Origin: a bacterium
GTDB lineage: Bacteria > Zhuqueibacterota > Zhuqueibacteria > Oceanimicrobiales > Oceanimicrobiaceae
Length of the DNA: 24,854 nt
Reading direction: 5' to 3'
NCBI GenBank assembly: GCA_046757165.1
Contig: JBHHXT010000057.1
Location: 1 to 24,854 of the forward strand
Within the stretch, counting starts at the first letter, position 1; the number at the start of each line of letters is the position of its first letter. The notes beneath the pieces were generated by a model. That model was not told the DNA's origin and did no database searches. It saw only the letters and a list, made by a program, of their open reading frames with translations. The translations under genes were made by a program, and so were the position numbers. Shown piece after piece: positions 1 to 8,706 of the stretch.

Positions 1-60
1 TTGCATGAAATGCTAAAGCATTTCACTCCTTATGTGTTGCCCCCTGTTGGGCGAAATTCA

Positions 61-77
61 TGAATTATCCAGGCTAA
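61..77 (-). repeat. 17-bp motif (TTAGCCTGGATAATTCA on -), probable terminal inverted repeat of a MITE-like element extending left out of the window
   Basis: TGAATTATCCAGGCTAA at 61-77 is a 15/17 reverse-complement match to TTAACCTGGATTATTCA at 24803-24819. A hairpin TGAAATGCT-AA-AGCATTTCA (6-25) lies to its left. Confidence 0.45.
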
Positions 78-112
78 TGAAACTATGGTATTACTTCTTG
101 TCTTTTGCATTT

Positions 113-1609
113 TCAAGTCCCCTCGACAACGAGTCTTTTTTCGGCGCGCTGCACGGGGCCGCCGTTCAATTGGAAACGCTGCAAGATCATCCTGCTTTCT
201 GAACCCGGCTTGCCGACCACGCGGAAATTCAACAACAAGAGAGGGCCAGACTGTTTGATGACTTTGCCCCGGTAAGCGGATACTCGCAATCGACCTGGCC
301 GGTCATTGGCGACAATTTGAAACGCCGTGTTCAGCTTTTTCTCTTCGGTGACTGACAGGAATTGCAAGACTTGTGGCTCGTAAACAAAATCAATGTCGAC
401 TGAGAGAACTTTCTGATTCTCAACGGTTAGCGGAATGGCGACATTCTTCCCGGCCGATACGACCAGGTTTTCCAAATGCGCGTATTGTTCAACAACAGGC
501 AGGGGCGCTGACATTGGTGATGGGGTCCAGCTGCCATCCACATCCCCCAAAAGTGTCGCGCCAAAGTCTTGCCTCTGGTCCGCGATGACCGCAAACAATT
601 GTGCCTGGGGGGGCTCGAAACGCCATTCGCCAGTATGGTCCTCAAAGGGCAGCGGTGCCTCGCCAGCCGCGAACCTGCTGATCAGCGCGGCGTCGAAGGG
701 TTGGATGCCATTTAGCTCGTCGACATCTGCAGCCCGGCGCTGCGCCGGCGTCAGGGTTGTATCATTCGACAGGAACAGGTTGATGAGAGCCGCGTCAAGA
801 GAGGTGATGGAGGCACTGCTGTCCCCTCGTGCGAACGGCGGTTTGAACGGCCGAACCGTGTAGTCCAGGTTCGGCGTTAGATTTTCGAACAAATAATGTC
901 CGTTCTCATCCGTGCCTGTGGAATCGGTTGCGCCGTCATGCAATCGTACCGTGAAGTCACTGACAGGGGCGCCGGTAATCGCAGAGTGAATCTCCCCTTC
1001 TATCTGCGGCCGCGTTGTATCGCGAGCACTGATATTATCCAGGAACAATTCCTGTCCCCCGATGCGAAAGGTCGCAACCGGGCCGAGCAAGGTGACCGTC
1101 CCTTTGTTAAGGGGCGCAAAAATACGGGTGGTGTCGATCGCAACCGTGATGCCGCCCGCGAGGGTTATGAGCGTATCCCGCATTTCTCCGATCAAAACCG
1201 TATCGCCATTCACAAAAATGTTTTCAGAGCCGCCACAGTCGGCAAACTCGAACAGGACTTTGTTGGGGCTGAATCCCAACCGGGTGAAATCCGTGAAATC
1301 GAACTTCAAGTTGACGTTGTTCAAGAGCATGGTGTTCTCGGTGCCAAAACTGGCGATGTCGCTGGCGATGGCGTCGCTGATCTCGGAGAAATTGAAGGTA
1401 TCGCCGCCGGCCACAAAAAAGAATTCATGGATGGAGACATCCACGCCGTTTTCACGAAATATCATGGCGCCGCGGATGTTGCCGACCGGCTCCCCAAACT
1501 GAGTGCCGCGAGCGAGTGAATCAAATACCACGCGTTGGGCTTCTGCTTGCGCCGATGGCATGAAGGCCATCAGGGCAAGAAACAATTGGGTCTTTCCCAT
1601 GCGTCTCAT
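113..1609 (-). CDS. Secreted multidomain protein: N-terminal beta-sandwich-like region, carboxypeptidase-regulatory/Cna-B-like domain, dockerin-like domain, C-terminal cohesin-like domain
   Basis: 498-aa ORF with AAGGAG 8 nt upstream of the ATG. Signal peptide ...SAQAEA. 'IEGEI...TDENGHYLFENL...YTVRP' is Cna-B-like. Duplicated 'ITSLDAALI / ADVD..NGIQPFDAALI' is dockerin-like. 'VAIPLTV...SVDIDFVYEPQVLQFLSV...GRLRVS...LLLNFRV' is cohesin-like. Confidence 0.8.
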   Translation of the reverse strand: MRRMGKTQLFLALMAFMPSAQAEAQRVVFDSLARGTQFGEPVGNIRGAMIFRENGVDVSIHEFFFVAGGDTFNFSEISDAIASDIASFGTENTMLLNNVNLKFDFTDFTRLGFSPNKVLFEFADCGGSENIFVNGDTVLIGEMRDTLITLAGGITVAIDTTRIFAPLNKGTVTLLGPVATFRIGGQELFLDNISARDTTRPQIEGEIHSAITGAPVSDFTVRLHDGATDSTGTDENGHYLFENLTPNLDYTVRPFKPPFARGDSSASITSLDAALINLFLSNDTTLTPAQRRAADVDELNGIQPFDAALISRFAAGEAPLPFEDHTGEWRFEPPQAQLFAVIADQRQDFGATLLGDVDGSWTPSPMSAPLPVVEQYAHLENLVVSAGKNVAIPLTVENQKVLSVDIDFVYEPQVLQFLSVTEEKKLNTAFQIVANDRPGRLRVSAYRGKVIKQSGPLLLLNFRVVGKPGSESRMILQRFQLNGGPVQRAEKRLVVEGT

Positions 1610-1683
1610 GTGGTAATCTCCTTAAGGAACGTCATTTAAATAACCTGCCCATCTTGAAAGAACTCAGATTCTTTCATAAAGAA

Positions 1684-1814
1684 GTTATTTCACGTCATTT
1701 GTTGTCATTTGCCCTGCGGGTATCATTGAGCAACCACTGGCCCAATGACGCCCGCAGGGCAAATGACGGCGCGAAGCGCTAAATGACTTTTTTCGCAGCA
1801 AAGACTGCGAAAAA
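1684..1814. repeat. Composite palindromic element built from GTCATTT/AAATGAC units with a 17-bp perfect inverted repeat and GNA-triloop mini-hairpins
   Basis: GTCATTTGCCCTGCGGG (1704-1720) pairs with CCCGCAGGGCAAATGAC (1751-1767). Extra GTCATTT at 1694 and AAATGAC at 1781. GCCC-GCA-GGGC at 1750-1760 and GCGC-GAA-GCGC at 1769-1779. TTTTTCGCAG/CTGCGAAAAA stem at 1789-1814. Confidence 0.75.
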
Positions 1815-1824
1815 GATTACAATC

Positions 1825-4707
1825 TTACCTCAGCAGGCTCATCTTCCTGATCTGGACAAACTCTCCCGCTTCAATCCGGTAAAAATAGACCCCACTCGCT
1901 AGGACCTGGCCCTTGCCGTCCCGGCCGTCCCAGCGAATCGTATGATAGCCGGCCGGATAGTCGGCGTTCGTCAGCACGCGAATTTTCTTGCCAAGCAGGT
2001 TGAAAATGCTGACCTGCACCCGGCTGGCTTCCGGCAATTGAAAGCGCAAAGTGGTTTCAGGGTTGAATGGATTCGGGTAATTCTGCTCGAGCGCATAGCT
2101 CGCGGGCAGCGATGCAGGGCCCTCGCCAACGCTCGTGAGAAAAGTCGCGCCCGCGAGCAAGCTATCGGGTTTCAAGAAGGTCAGGCCTTCGATATCCAGG
2201 GCTGCAGAGGACCTGGTTGGAAATTCTGTGCCGATTCCGGTGGTGGGATCGATGACGATGAATTTGTGCACCTCGCCGTTGCTGAAGCCGAAGAGCGTAT
2301 TCTGGGGGGAGAAGGCCAACCCCTCCACCTGGGGGAATCCGATGGTGTTTGTCGGATGAACAGGCGTGCCGGCTCCTGTTGCCAGATCAATGACGAGCAG
2401 CTTGCCGGTTTTAGTGTCGGCGCCATAGAGCACGACCGTGGAATCAGCTTCGACCCGAAATGTGATCGCCTCGACATCCCTGAATCCGAGCGCCCCGATT
2501 TCTGTCACTGCGGCCGTGGTCCTGTCGATGAGAAGGAGCTGGTGCGAGGAATTGTCCACGCCAAACAGCTCGCCGGTGACGGGATTCACCGCGATGTCCT
2601 CGATGTCGTCTGAGCCGGTGCTGCCGATGAAAGCCGCTGCAAGGTTCCTCGCCGCCAACGGCATGGGGCCGCCCAGAACGCTGCCGTCGATGGCGTACAG
2701 GGGACCGTCATCCTCGTTGGAGATAAGAAGCAGGCGGCGCGATCCCGGGTCCCAGGTCATGGCTTCCAGATCGACGATGCTTGCACTGCCATCCGTGACC
2801 GTGCCCCAATTGACCGCCAAAGGGTTTGTGTCCTTGACATTGACGCGCACCAGGAAGTCATTGTCGCCGTCAACGCCAAACATGAAACTCGGGGCGGCCG
2901 GATCCACTGTCACCGTCATGTCGGCCGTCAAGGCGGTATTTTCAGTGCCGACGGTGACCAGTCGCGCGACGGTCTGCTGCAAGCCGGGAATCTCGATAAC
3001 CGTCGTCAACCGGAAATTGCCTTGGCCATCGGTACTGTCGTCGGCGATCGGGTCCGGGCCCAGAAAGACATGGGCTGCCTCCGTGGGCGGCAAGCCCTCT
3101 GCCGTGATTTCGACGGTGCCGGCGTTGGGTATTCTTTCCGGCTGCACCGAACCGGTCGGGAAGCCAGGGGTGCGAAAGGATAAGCGGAAGCTGTTTGTTC
3201 TATCGATCTCCCCGGTTCTGAAATTCTCGGCAATGGCGAGATATCTCACGATAGGCAGGATTTCCGTTCGATTGTCATGCACGCCCAACTGAATGATTTC
3301 GCCAACGGGCGAGCGAAAGCTGGTGTCGGAGGTGAAAATGTAGACCGAGTCTGAAACCAGGGTTGGCGTCAACAAGCTCTCGTCTCGGGGCTCGAAACGC
3401 TCGCTCTGGGTATTGAAAACAAAGCAATCCGCGGACAGGTGTGGGGAATCACTATAGATGAATTTCTTGAGGAAAACTCTGCCCACCATCTCGATGCCTT
3501 TTGCATCTGTCGGCACGTTCATGAGCTCAGGCGCGCCCCCCGTTCGTGGATCGTTGTCCGCATCCAACAGGAAGGTAAAACACAGGTCCGCTTCCCTTGT
3601 GTCGGCTATCAGACCTGCGGTGGTCAGAAAGAAGTGCGGCTCTCTGGCCACCTGCGCGATATCGATGACCATGCCGCCGACACCGATATCGATGATGTCG
3701 TTTTCCTCCTCAGCGGCGACGTCTTTGCGCGCGTCCGACCTCATGTCGGCAAACGGTCCCTTTTGCCGCGGAGCGCCACCACCTGCAGCCATCAGACTGC
3801 CTGGTGGGAAATGCTCTGTACCCGGAACATGGTTCAATGCCTGCTCCCGGATACAATCGCATTGCTCAACCGTCAGATTCTGTTCAACCGGATAGGCGGG
3901 AAACATCAGGTTGTGCTCCCATTCGTCCGCATCCACGGGCGCACATAAATCCCGGTTGACATGGTCCAGGGCCAGGGCGTGCAGCACTTCGTGCGCCAGG
4001 ATGGTCTCATGCGGATCATCTGCCAGGTCCGGCAAATTCAGAGGCGAGCCGGGCAGCATGTACGCCGCATCGATAACCATGACCCGGCCGATGTTGACTT
4101 GCACGCCGTCGTCGCATCTGAGATCATTAAACCCTCCGATGCCAAGATAGTCATCCACCGGGTTTCCTTCATCATCGATGAACCGGTTGATGTTGACCGC
4201 AACGATGCCGAACTCGCGGGCAAAAGAGAGTCTGTTGCCCACTGAATTCTTCAAGTTTGTCCAGGATTGACGCGCCAGGTCAATAGCCGCCAAATACTCA
4301 GTCAAATCCGGCCGCCGGTCTCGAATCGCCTCCCGCGAGCCCAGACTGATATCACCCGGGTTGCCAATCGTCAAATCCGGATCCGTAATCACGGGAAAAT
4401 TCGTGATGTCGCGGAAGGCGGCTGACCGCAGCGTGACATTGCACTGCGGGATCAGAATCCGGTCCGAAGCGCGCTCATGCCGGCGCCACAGGAGATCTTT
4501 CACGCTGCGTTCACCCACCAGCGAGGGATCATCGATGGAGGGGCTGCCTGCAATTCCCACCCATTTCAAGGGCACGGAAACCAGGCCCGAAGTCGCCGCG
4601 GTTTCAAAGCGGCTCTGTGATCTGGTCGCTTCAGGTAAAAGCACGTAGAGCAGAATCAAGAGCAGGGGCAGGGACCGGGTGGCTGCGACAATGGGGATAA
4701 GTCTCAT
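1825..4707 (-). CDS. Secreted metzincin-like zinc metalloprotease with beta-propeller region and FlgD-Ig/T9SS-like C-terminal domain
   Basis: Start moved to MRLIPIV (ATG 4707, GGGAGG 7 nt upstream). Hydrophobic signal peptide. HEVLHALALDH (3961-3993) followed by an NLM Met-turn. Repeated 'xEx(I/L)A(F/V)...L(F/Y)GxD' blades. C-terminal EQNYPNPFNP...WDGRD...SGVYFYR. Confidence 0.8.
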   Translation of the reverse strand: MRLIPIVAATRSLPLLLILLYVLLPEATRSQSRFETAATSGLVSVPLKWVGIAGSPSIDDPSLVGERSVKDLLWRRHERASDRILIPQCNVTLRSAAFRDITNFPVITDPDLTIGNPGDISLGSREAIRDRRPDLTEYLAAIDLARQSWTNLKNSVGNRLSFAREFGIVAVNINRFIDDEGNPVDDYLGIGGFNDLRCDDGVQVNIGRVMVIDAAYMLPGSPLNLPDLADDPHETILAHEVLHALALDHVNRDLCAPVDADEWEHNLMFPAYPVEQNLTVEQCDCIREQALNHVPGTEHFPPGSLMAAGGGAPRQKGPFADMRSDARKDVAAEEENDIIDIGVGGMVIDIAQVAREPHFFLTTAGLIADTREADLCFTFLLDADNDPRTGGAPELMNVPTDAKGIEMVGRVFLKKFIYSDSPHLSADCFVFNTQSERFEPRDESLLTPTLVSDSVYIFTSDTSFRSPVGEIIQLGVHDNRTEILPIVRYLAIAENFRTGEIDRTNSFRLSFRTPGFPTGSVQPERIPNAGTVEITAEGLPPTEAAHVFLGPDPIADDSTDGQGNFRLTTVIEIPGLQQTVARLVTVGTENTALTADMTVTVDPAAPSFMFGVDGDNDFLVRVNVKDTNPLAVNWGTVTDGSASIVDLEAMTWDPGSRRLLLISNEDDGPLYAIDGSVLGGPMPLAARNLAAAFIGSTGSDDIEDIAVNPVTGELFGVDNSSHQLLLIDRTTAAVTEIGALGFRDVEAITFRVEADSTVVLYGADTKTGKLLVIDLATGAGTPVHPTNTIGFPQVEGLAFSPQNTLFGFSNGEVHKFIVIDPTTGIGTEFPTRSSAALDIEGLTFLKPDSLLAGATFLTSVGEGPASLPASYALEQNYPNPFNPETTLRFQLPEASRVQVSIFNLLGKKIRVLTNADYPAGYHTIRWDGRDGKGQVLASGVYFYRIEAGEFVQIRKMSLLR

Positions 4708-4831
4708 GGTTCGTCCTCCCTGGTGTTGCAGATCCCCCCGCGAGGGAATCAGGAACACCGTCTAAACCTTATCTGGCAAAGACAACTTTATCGCGCATCC
4801 AACATAATGTTGGACACCGGGAGTGCCAATC

Positions 4832-4926
4832 GACGCTGAAAGCGTCCGACAACACAGCCCAGGGTTGAGCGTAGGCGAAACCCTGGGAAAAGAAAAAATC
4901 AATAAAAACAACCCTGTAAGGGTTGT
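4832..4926 (+). repeat. REP-like triple-hairpin element
   Basis: GACGCT-GAA-AGCGTC (4832-4846), CCCAGGGTT-N12-AACCCTGGG (4858-4887), an A-rich spacer, then ACAACCCT-GTA-AGGGTTGT (4908-4926). Confidence 0.7.
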
Positions 4927-5111
4927 ACGCACCGCAACCGTAACAAAAAACCCGATTGTTGATCAAAGAATAAACAGCTTCGTCAAAACACGGTCCCAGA
5001 CCGTGTTGGATCATTTCTGGACCTTTTTGCAGTTTACTCCATAATTTGCTTTTGAATTCTTTGCGTGACTTCTACACCTTTGCATTTAGACGAACAATCG
5101 CGACGATTGGC

Positions 5112-7952
5112 CTACTGAACCAGGAGCATTTTTTGAGTCTTTGCAAACTGTCCGGCGCGCATGCGAACAAAGTAGACGCCGCTGGCCACCAGGCGGCCAT
5201 GCAGGTCCCGGCCATCCCAGACCGAGGCATGATTGCCCGCATCTTTGGCTTCATCATCCACCAGAGTCTGAACCCTCTCCCCCAAAATGTTGAACACCGC
5301 CAGCGTCACTCTTCCCTGCGCCGGCAGCCCAAATCGAATGGTGGTTACGGGATTGAACGGATTCGGATAATTCTGTGACAAATAAGAATCTGCCGGAATT
5401 TCCGCTTCATGGGCAAGATGCTGGCGGATGAATTCCGGGCGGCCCACGACCACTTTAAGCCGGCGTCTGCGTTCGGATTCTGAACCCGCAAACTCATAAT
5501 GGTCGCTGCTCCGGAGATCCCGGGCAAGGCCGGTCGCCTTATCCACCAGCCAGACCTCGAAGCCTGCGGGGACGGTTTCCTGCCCTTCGAAGATGAGGTG
5601 AACTTTGTCGCGAATGTTGGTGATCACCTCTATGTCCCAGACATCACCGTCCACAAGCTCAGGTCGAGCGTCAGTAGAGTACCGGTCGAAATGTCTCCCC
5701 CACTCTGGATGTGGAAAGTAGGCCGTTATGAAGTCCCCGATGACGGGGGGTTCAGGTCTGTCAAGATTGTCCAGCTCGTGAGAGGCCTGTTGATGTACCA
5801 GAATCTTTGTGTCACCGTCCAGGGCTTGGTGACACCGGGCGCGGATCCGGATGGACCAGGAGTCGAATGCTGCTTCCGGGAGTGAGCCGTTATTCTTTCC
5901 TGTACCTTCAACCGCAAATATTTGCGGATTCACGAAGAGGGTATCGACAACATCGTCTCTGTTTGCGACGGCGTATCCTTCAAACGGCCGCAGCGGTGAG
6001 CTGGCTTGACTCCAGCGGCCAGCGTAGAATCTGATATCAGGCGTGTTGCCAGATTTCAGGCGTAAATTCGCAAAGGGAATGTCGAAATCAAACGGATCGC
6101 CAACAAAATTCCAGCCCGGATGCAGCGGAATGGCAAATTCTCTGTTCGAAGGATTGGTCACCCCGGGACCGGTATCAATAGATTTGCCCGTTTCTTTGAC
6201 AATGAGCCAGAAGGCCCTGCCCGGCTCCATGTCGAAAAAGGTGTCCGGAAAATCGACGAGCTGTTGGTTTTCCGGCCGCAGCTCCACGAATCGCCATTTT
6301 GTATCATCGAAGGGGCCCAGGTCATCCTCGAGAACCGCAGCCGGGTCCTTCTCATCGAGGTCGAGGGGAACTGAGATGAGACGATAGGCTGTCGCTTCCG
6401 AGCCCCCTGGCTGGGGCACGGGATTGCCCAGGGAATCCCGTTTCACTTTCCCTTCGCCGGGGATGGAGACTGGCAACGAGAAAATCCCGGAACGCGGCAG
6501 CCTCGCTTTTCGCCCGTCGACATCCTGTGCCAGGATAAAATACTCGATGCCTCTCGAAGTCGAGTGCTCCGCCCGAATCGTTCCCTGATAGGTGAGGCTG
6601 TCCGTTCTGACCATCCCGACGCTGTCAAACGCCCGGCGGCCCCCCGGTCGAAACATCAGGGTAACCTCTTCCACCGTCGAGATTCCGGCTATTTTGGCCT
6701 GGATCGGGATGTCTTCGTTCTCTTCATGGGGTGACATGGGGTCTACCTCAATCGCCGGGGCGAAATCATAAATATACGCGGCGCCTGCCCGGTCGGCTAC
6801 TTCGTCATCGAATGGGGTGCCAACCATCGCCAGGTTGCCATCGAGTGAGACCGAGAATCCGAATCTATCGCCGGCCTCGCCCCGGCTGGCGAGCAGTTTT
6901 GCCAACTCGGTCCAGGTCGTATCTTTTCGGATGAACAGGGTGGCCGAGCCCGAATTGGTGCCGTTATCTTTGTCAAACTGCGCTCCGACCAGAAGCGTAT
7001 TCTCGCTCAGGCGCATCGAGGTGCCAAATTCATCATCGCTGTCTGCGTCGCTTGCGAGAAGCTTGTCATGTTGTCGCCAGCCCTCCTGCTCACGTTCAAA
7101 AATGTAGACAGCACCGGCATTGTTGCCACCGACTCCAAAGCTATCATCAAATGGCGCACCAACCGCAGCAACCTCCCCGCTGATGGTGACGGAAAAACCA
7201 AAACGGTCTGATTTTGCACCATCATTTGCCGTCAGAGGTGGTTGCTGCTGCCATGTCTGGCCGACGCGTTTGAAAACATAAGCCGCACCGGCGTCTTGCC
7301 CGCCGTCATGGTCATGGAAGGATGCCCCAACGAGTGCGAAATCATCAGAAATGGCCACCGACTGGCCAAACTGGTCAAACTCAGCGGCGTCACTGGCGGT
7401 GAGTTTTGCCACCATCCTGCCGTCTAGCTCGAAGATGTATGCCGCGCCCGAGGCGAGACCCACGATGTTCTCCTTCGGAGCGCCGACCAGAATATGCTCG
7501 CCATCCAAGGCAACGGCCGCGCCAAACCAGGCATTCTCTCCGCCATCTGGCATCTCGATTTTGGTGATCTCATTCCAGACACCGCCCTCTTTCTTGAAGA
7601 CGTAAACCGCGCCCCGGCTATTGTGAGAACGCGCTCCGACCAGTGCAACTTCACCGCTCAGAGCGACCGACATGCCGAATTCATCCCCCTCTCTGCCATC
7701 GCTGGCGAGAAGTTTTGCCTGCTCGTGCCAGCCATCGTTCCTGCGCTCGAATATGTACGCCGAACCCGTGCCGCCATTGCCGCGCCGGGTTCCGACCAGA
7801 GCATATTGTCCGGAAATTGAAACCGAACTTCCCAACTGGTCATTTGGACTCAAATCACTGGCTTTGATCTTGAACTCGGTTTGTGGCAGGACAGGGGGTG
7901 GGCAAGCGAGGAGGCAGAAAGTCACAAAGGATATCGTCAAGCTGGTTCGCAT
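5112..7952 (-). CDS. Secreted FG-GAP (integrin-alpha-like) 7-bladed beta-propeller protein with uncharacterised middle domains and FlgD-Ig/T9SS-like C-terminal domain
   Basis: Seven '(D)xFGxSV(A/S)(I/L)(S/D)G..ALVGA...GAAY(I/V)F' repeats, a signal peptide, and C-terminal SQNYPNPFNP...WDGRD...ASGVYFVR. Start is ATG 7952 or TTG 7964. Confidence 0.88.
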   Translation of the reverse strand: MRTSLTISFVTFCLLACPPPVLPQTEFKIKASDLSPNDQLGSSVSISGQYALVGTRRGNGGTGSAYIFERRNDGWHEQAKLLASDGREGDEFGMSVALSGEVALVGARSHNSRGAVYVFKKEGGVWNEITKIEMPDGGENAWFGAAVALDGEHILVGAPKENIVGLASGAAYIFELDGRMVAKLTASDAAEFDQFGQSVAISDDFALVGASFHDHDGGQDAGAAYVFKRVGQTWQQQPPLTANDGAKSDRFGFSVTISGEVAAVGAPFDDSFGVGGNNAGAVYIFEREQEGWRQHDKLLASDADSDDEFGTSMRLSENTLLVGAQFDKDNGTNSGSATLFIRKDTTWTELAKLLASRGEAGDRFGFSVSLDGNLAMVGTPFDDEVADRAGAAYIYDFAPAIEVDPMSPHEENEDIPIQAKIAGISTVEEVTLMFRPGGRRAFDSVGMVRTDSLTYQGTIRAEHSTSRGIEYFILAQDVDGRKARLPRSGIFSLPVSIPGEGKVKRDSLGNPVPQPGGSEATAYRLISVPLDLDEKDPAAVLEDDLGPFDDTKWRFVELRPENQQLVDFPDTFFDMEPGRAFWLIVKETGKSIDTGPGVTNPSNREFAIPLHPGWNFVGDPFDFDIPFANLRLKSGNTPDIRFYAGRWSQASSPLRPFEGYAVANRDDVVDTLFVNPQIFAVEGTGKNNGSLPEAAFDSWSIRIRARCHQALDGDTKILVHQQASHELDNLDRPEPPVIGDFITAYFPHPEWGRHFDRYSTDARPELVDGDVWDIEVITNIRDKVHLIFEGQETVPAGFEVWLVDKATGLARDLRSSDHYEFAGSESERRRRLKVVVGRPEFIRQHLAHEAEIPADSYLSQNYPNPFNPVTTIRFGLPAQGRVTLAVFNILGERVQTLVDDEAKDAGNHASVWDGRDLHGRLVASGVYFVRMRAGQFAKTQKMLLVQ

Positions 7953-7974
7953 TTCGATAGACAATGGTCAGCCT

Positions 7975-8514
7975 CTATTCATTGTCGGGGAATGCCGGCG
8001 GATCCGGCAACCGAGCCGGCTTCGATGAGCCAGAATCGACCGAGATTTTCAAAATCGCCGCGCCAGCAGCAAGTCCGACGCCCACCAGGATGAATCGCCT
8101 GATGCGACTCCCCGTCTGCTTGCGCCCGGCCCGAATCCTCTTCTCCTGTTCCACAAAGGTTCGAAAGAGCGGATCATCACTGGGCTCGGGCTCATAATTC
8201 TCATTTAGATTCAGCAGCTGTTTTACGGTCTCTCTGGCTTTGTCGAGGTTGTCTTCAGCACTGTAGGACAGAGCCAAGAAGCGATATCCCTGGACTTTGT
8301 CGGCCTCGTCAACGCTGTCCGGCAGGCAGCGGTTCAGGAGTACAATCACCTCGGCTGTGCGACCGATCCGGTAGAGGTTCTGTGCATCAGAGACAGCGGT
8401 GTCACATTTGTCTTGTGCGAACAGGTCGTTTGTGTCAACTGCCCAAGCGACCGCCAGCAACAAGATCAGGAGAACCAGCGGTCGGGGAGCAATGAAAGGG
8501 ATTTGGTTGGACAT
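7975..8514 (-). CDS. TPR-like protein with N-terminal signal peptide and C-terminal TM helix followed by a Pro-rich LPDPPAFP tail
   Basis: Start moved to MSNQIP (ATG 8514, AGGAGAAGG upstream), because the ORF-track extension runs through heptamer repeats. 'GYRFLALSY...ARETVKQLLNLNENYEP' is TPR-like. RIRR-FILVGVGLAAGAAIL is a TM segment. Confidence 0.75.
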   Translation of the reverse strand: MSNQIPFIAPRPLVLLILLLAVAWAVDTNDLFAQDKCDTAVSDAQNLYRIGRTAEVIVLLNRCLPDSVDEADKVQGYRFLALSYSAEDNLDKARETVKQLLNLNENYEPEPSDDPLFRTFVEQEKRIRAGRKQTGSRIRRFILVGVGLAAGAAILKISVDSGSSKPARLPDPPAFPDNE

Positions 8515-8533
8515 ATACCTTCTCCTGAGCCGG

Positions 8534-8646
8534 AAATTCGAAATCCTGAGCTCCAAAATCGCAAATCGTAAATCTTCGTGGTCAGAAATCTGATATGCGA
8601 TATATGATTGACGATCTCCGATTTACGATCTACAATCAACGCTTTT
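8534..8646. repeat. Inverted arrays of degenerate heptamers (AAATCGY units, then YGATHTA-like units)
   Basis: Left arm AAATTCG AAATCCT ... AAATCGC AAATCGT AAATCTT (8534-8576). Right arm in strict 7-nt period: TGATATG CGATATA TGATTGA CGATCTC CGATTTA CGATCTA CAATCAA (8591-8639). Confidence 0.7.
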
Positions 8647-8706
8647 GGGTTTTGCAACTGCCCCCTCATAAGATAGGTGCAATTCCAGCCGCAGATTCTC
8701 TCAGAT

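Noticed and set aside
1789..1814. Intrinsic terminator after the protease gene
   Set aside because: The T-run precedes and the A-run follows the stem on both strands, so no U-tract follows the hairpin. Kept as part of the repeat element.
4769..5044. Short ORFs 4769-5014 (-) and 4823-5044 (+)
   Set aside because: They run through the hairpin repeat and AT-rich intergenic DNA, with no RBS or protein-like features.
7890..7952. Lipoprotein signal (LLAC) in the FG-GAP protein
   Set aside because: Leu at -2 is a poor lipobox match, and the C-terminal sorting tail favours a standard Sec/SPI substrate. SignalP would settle it.
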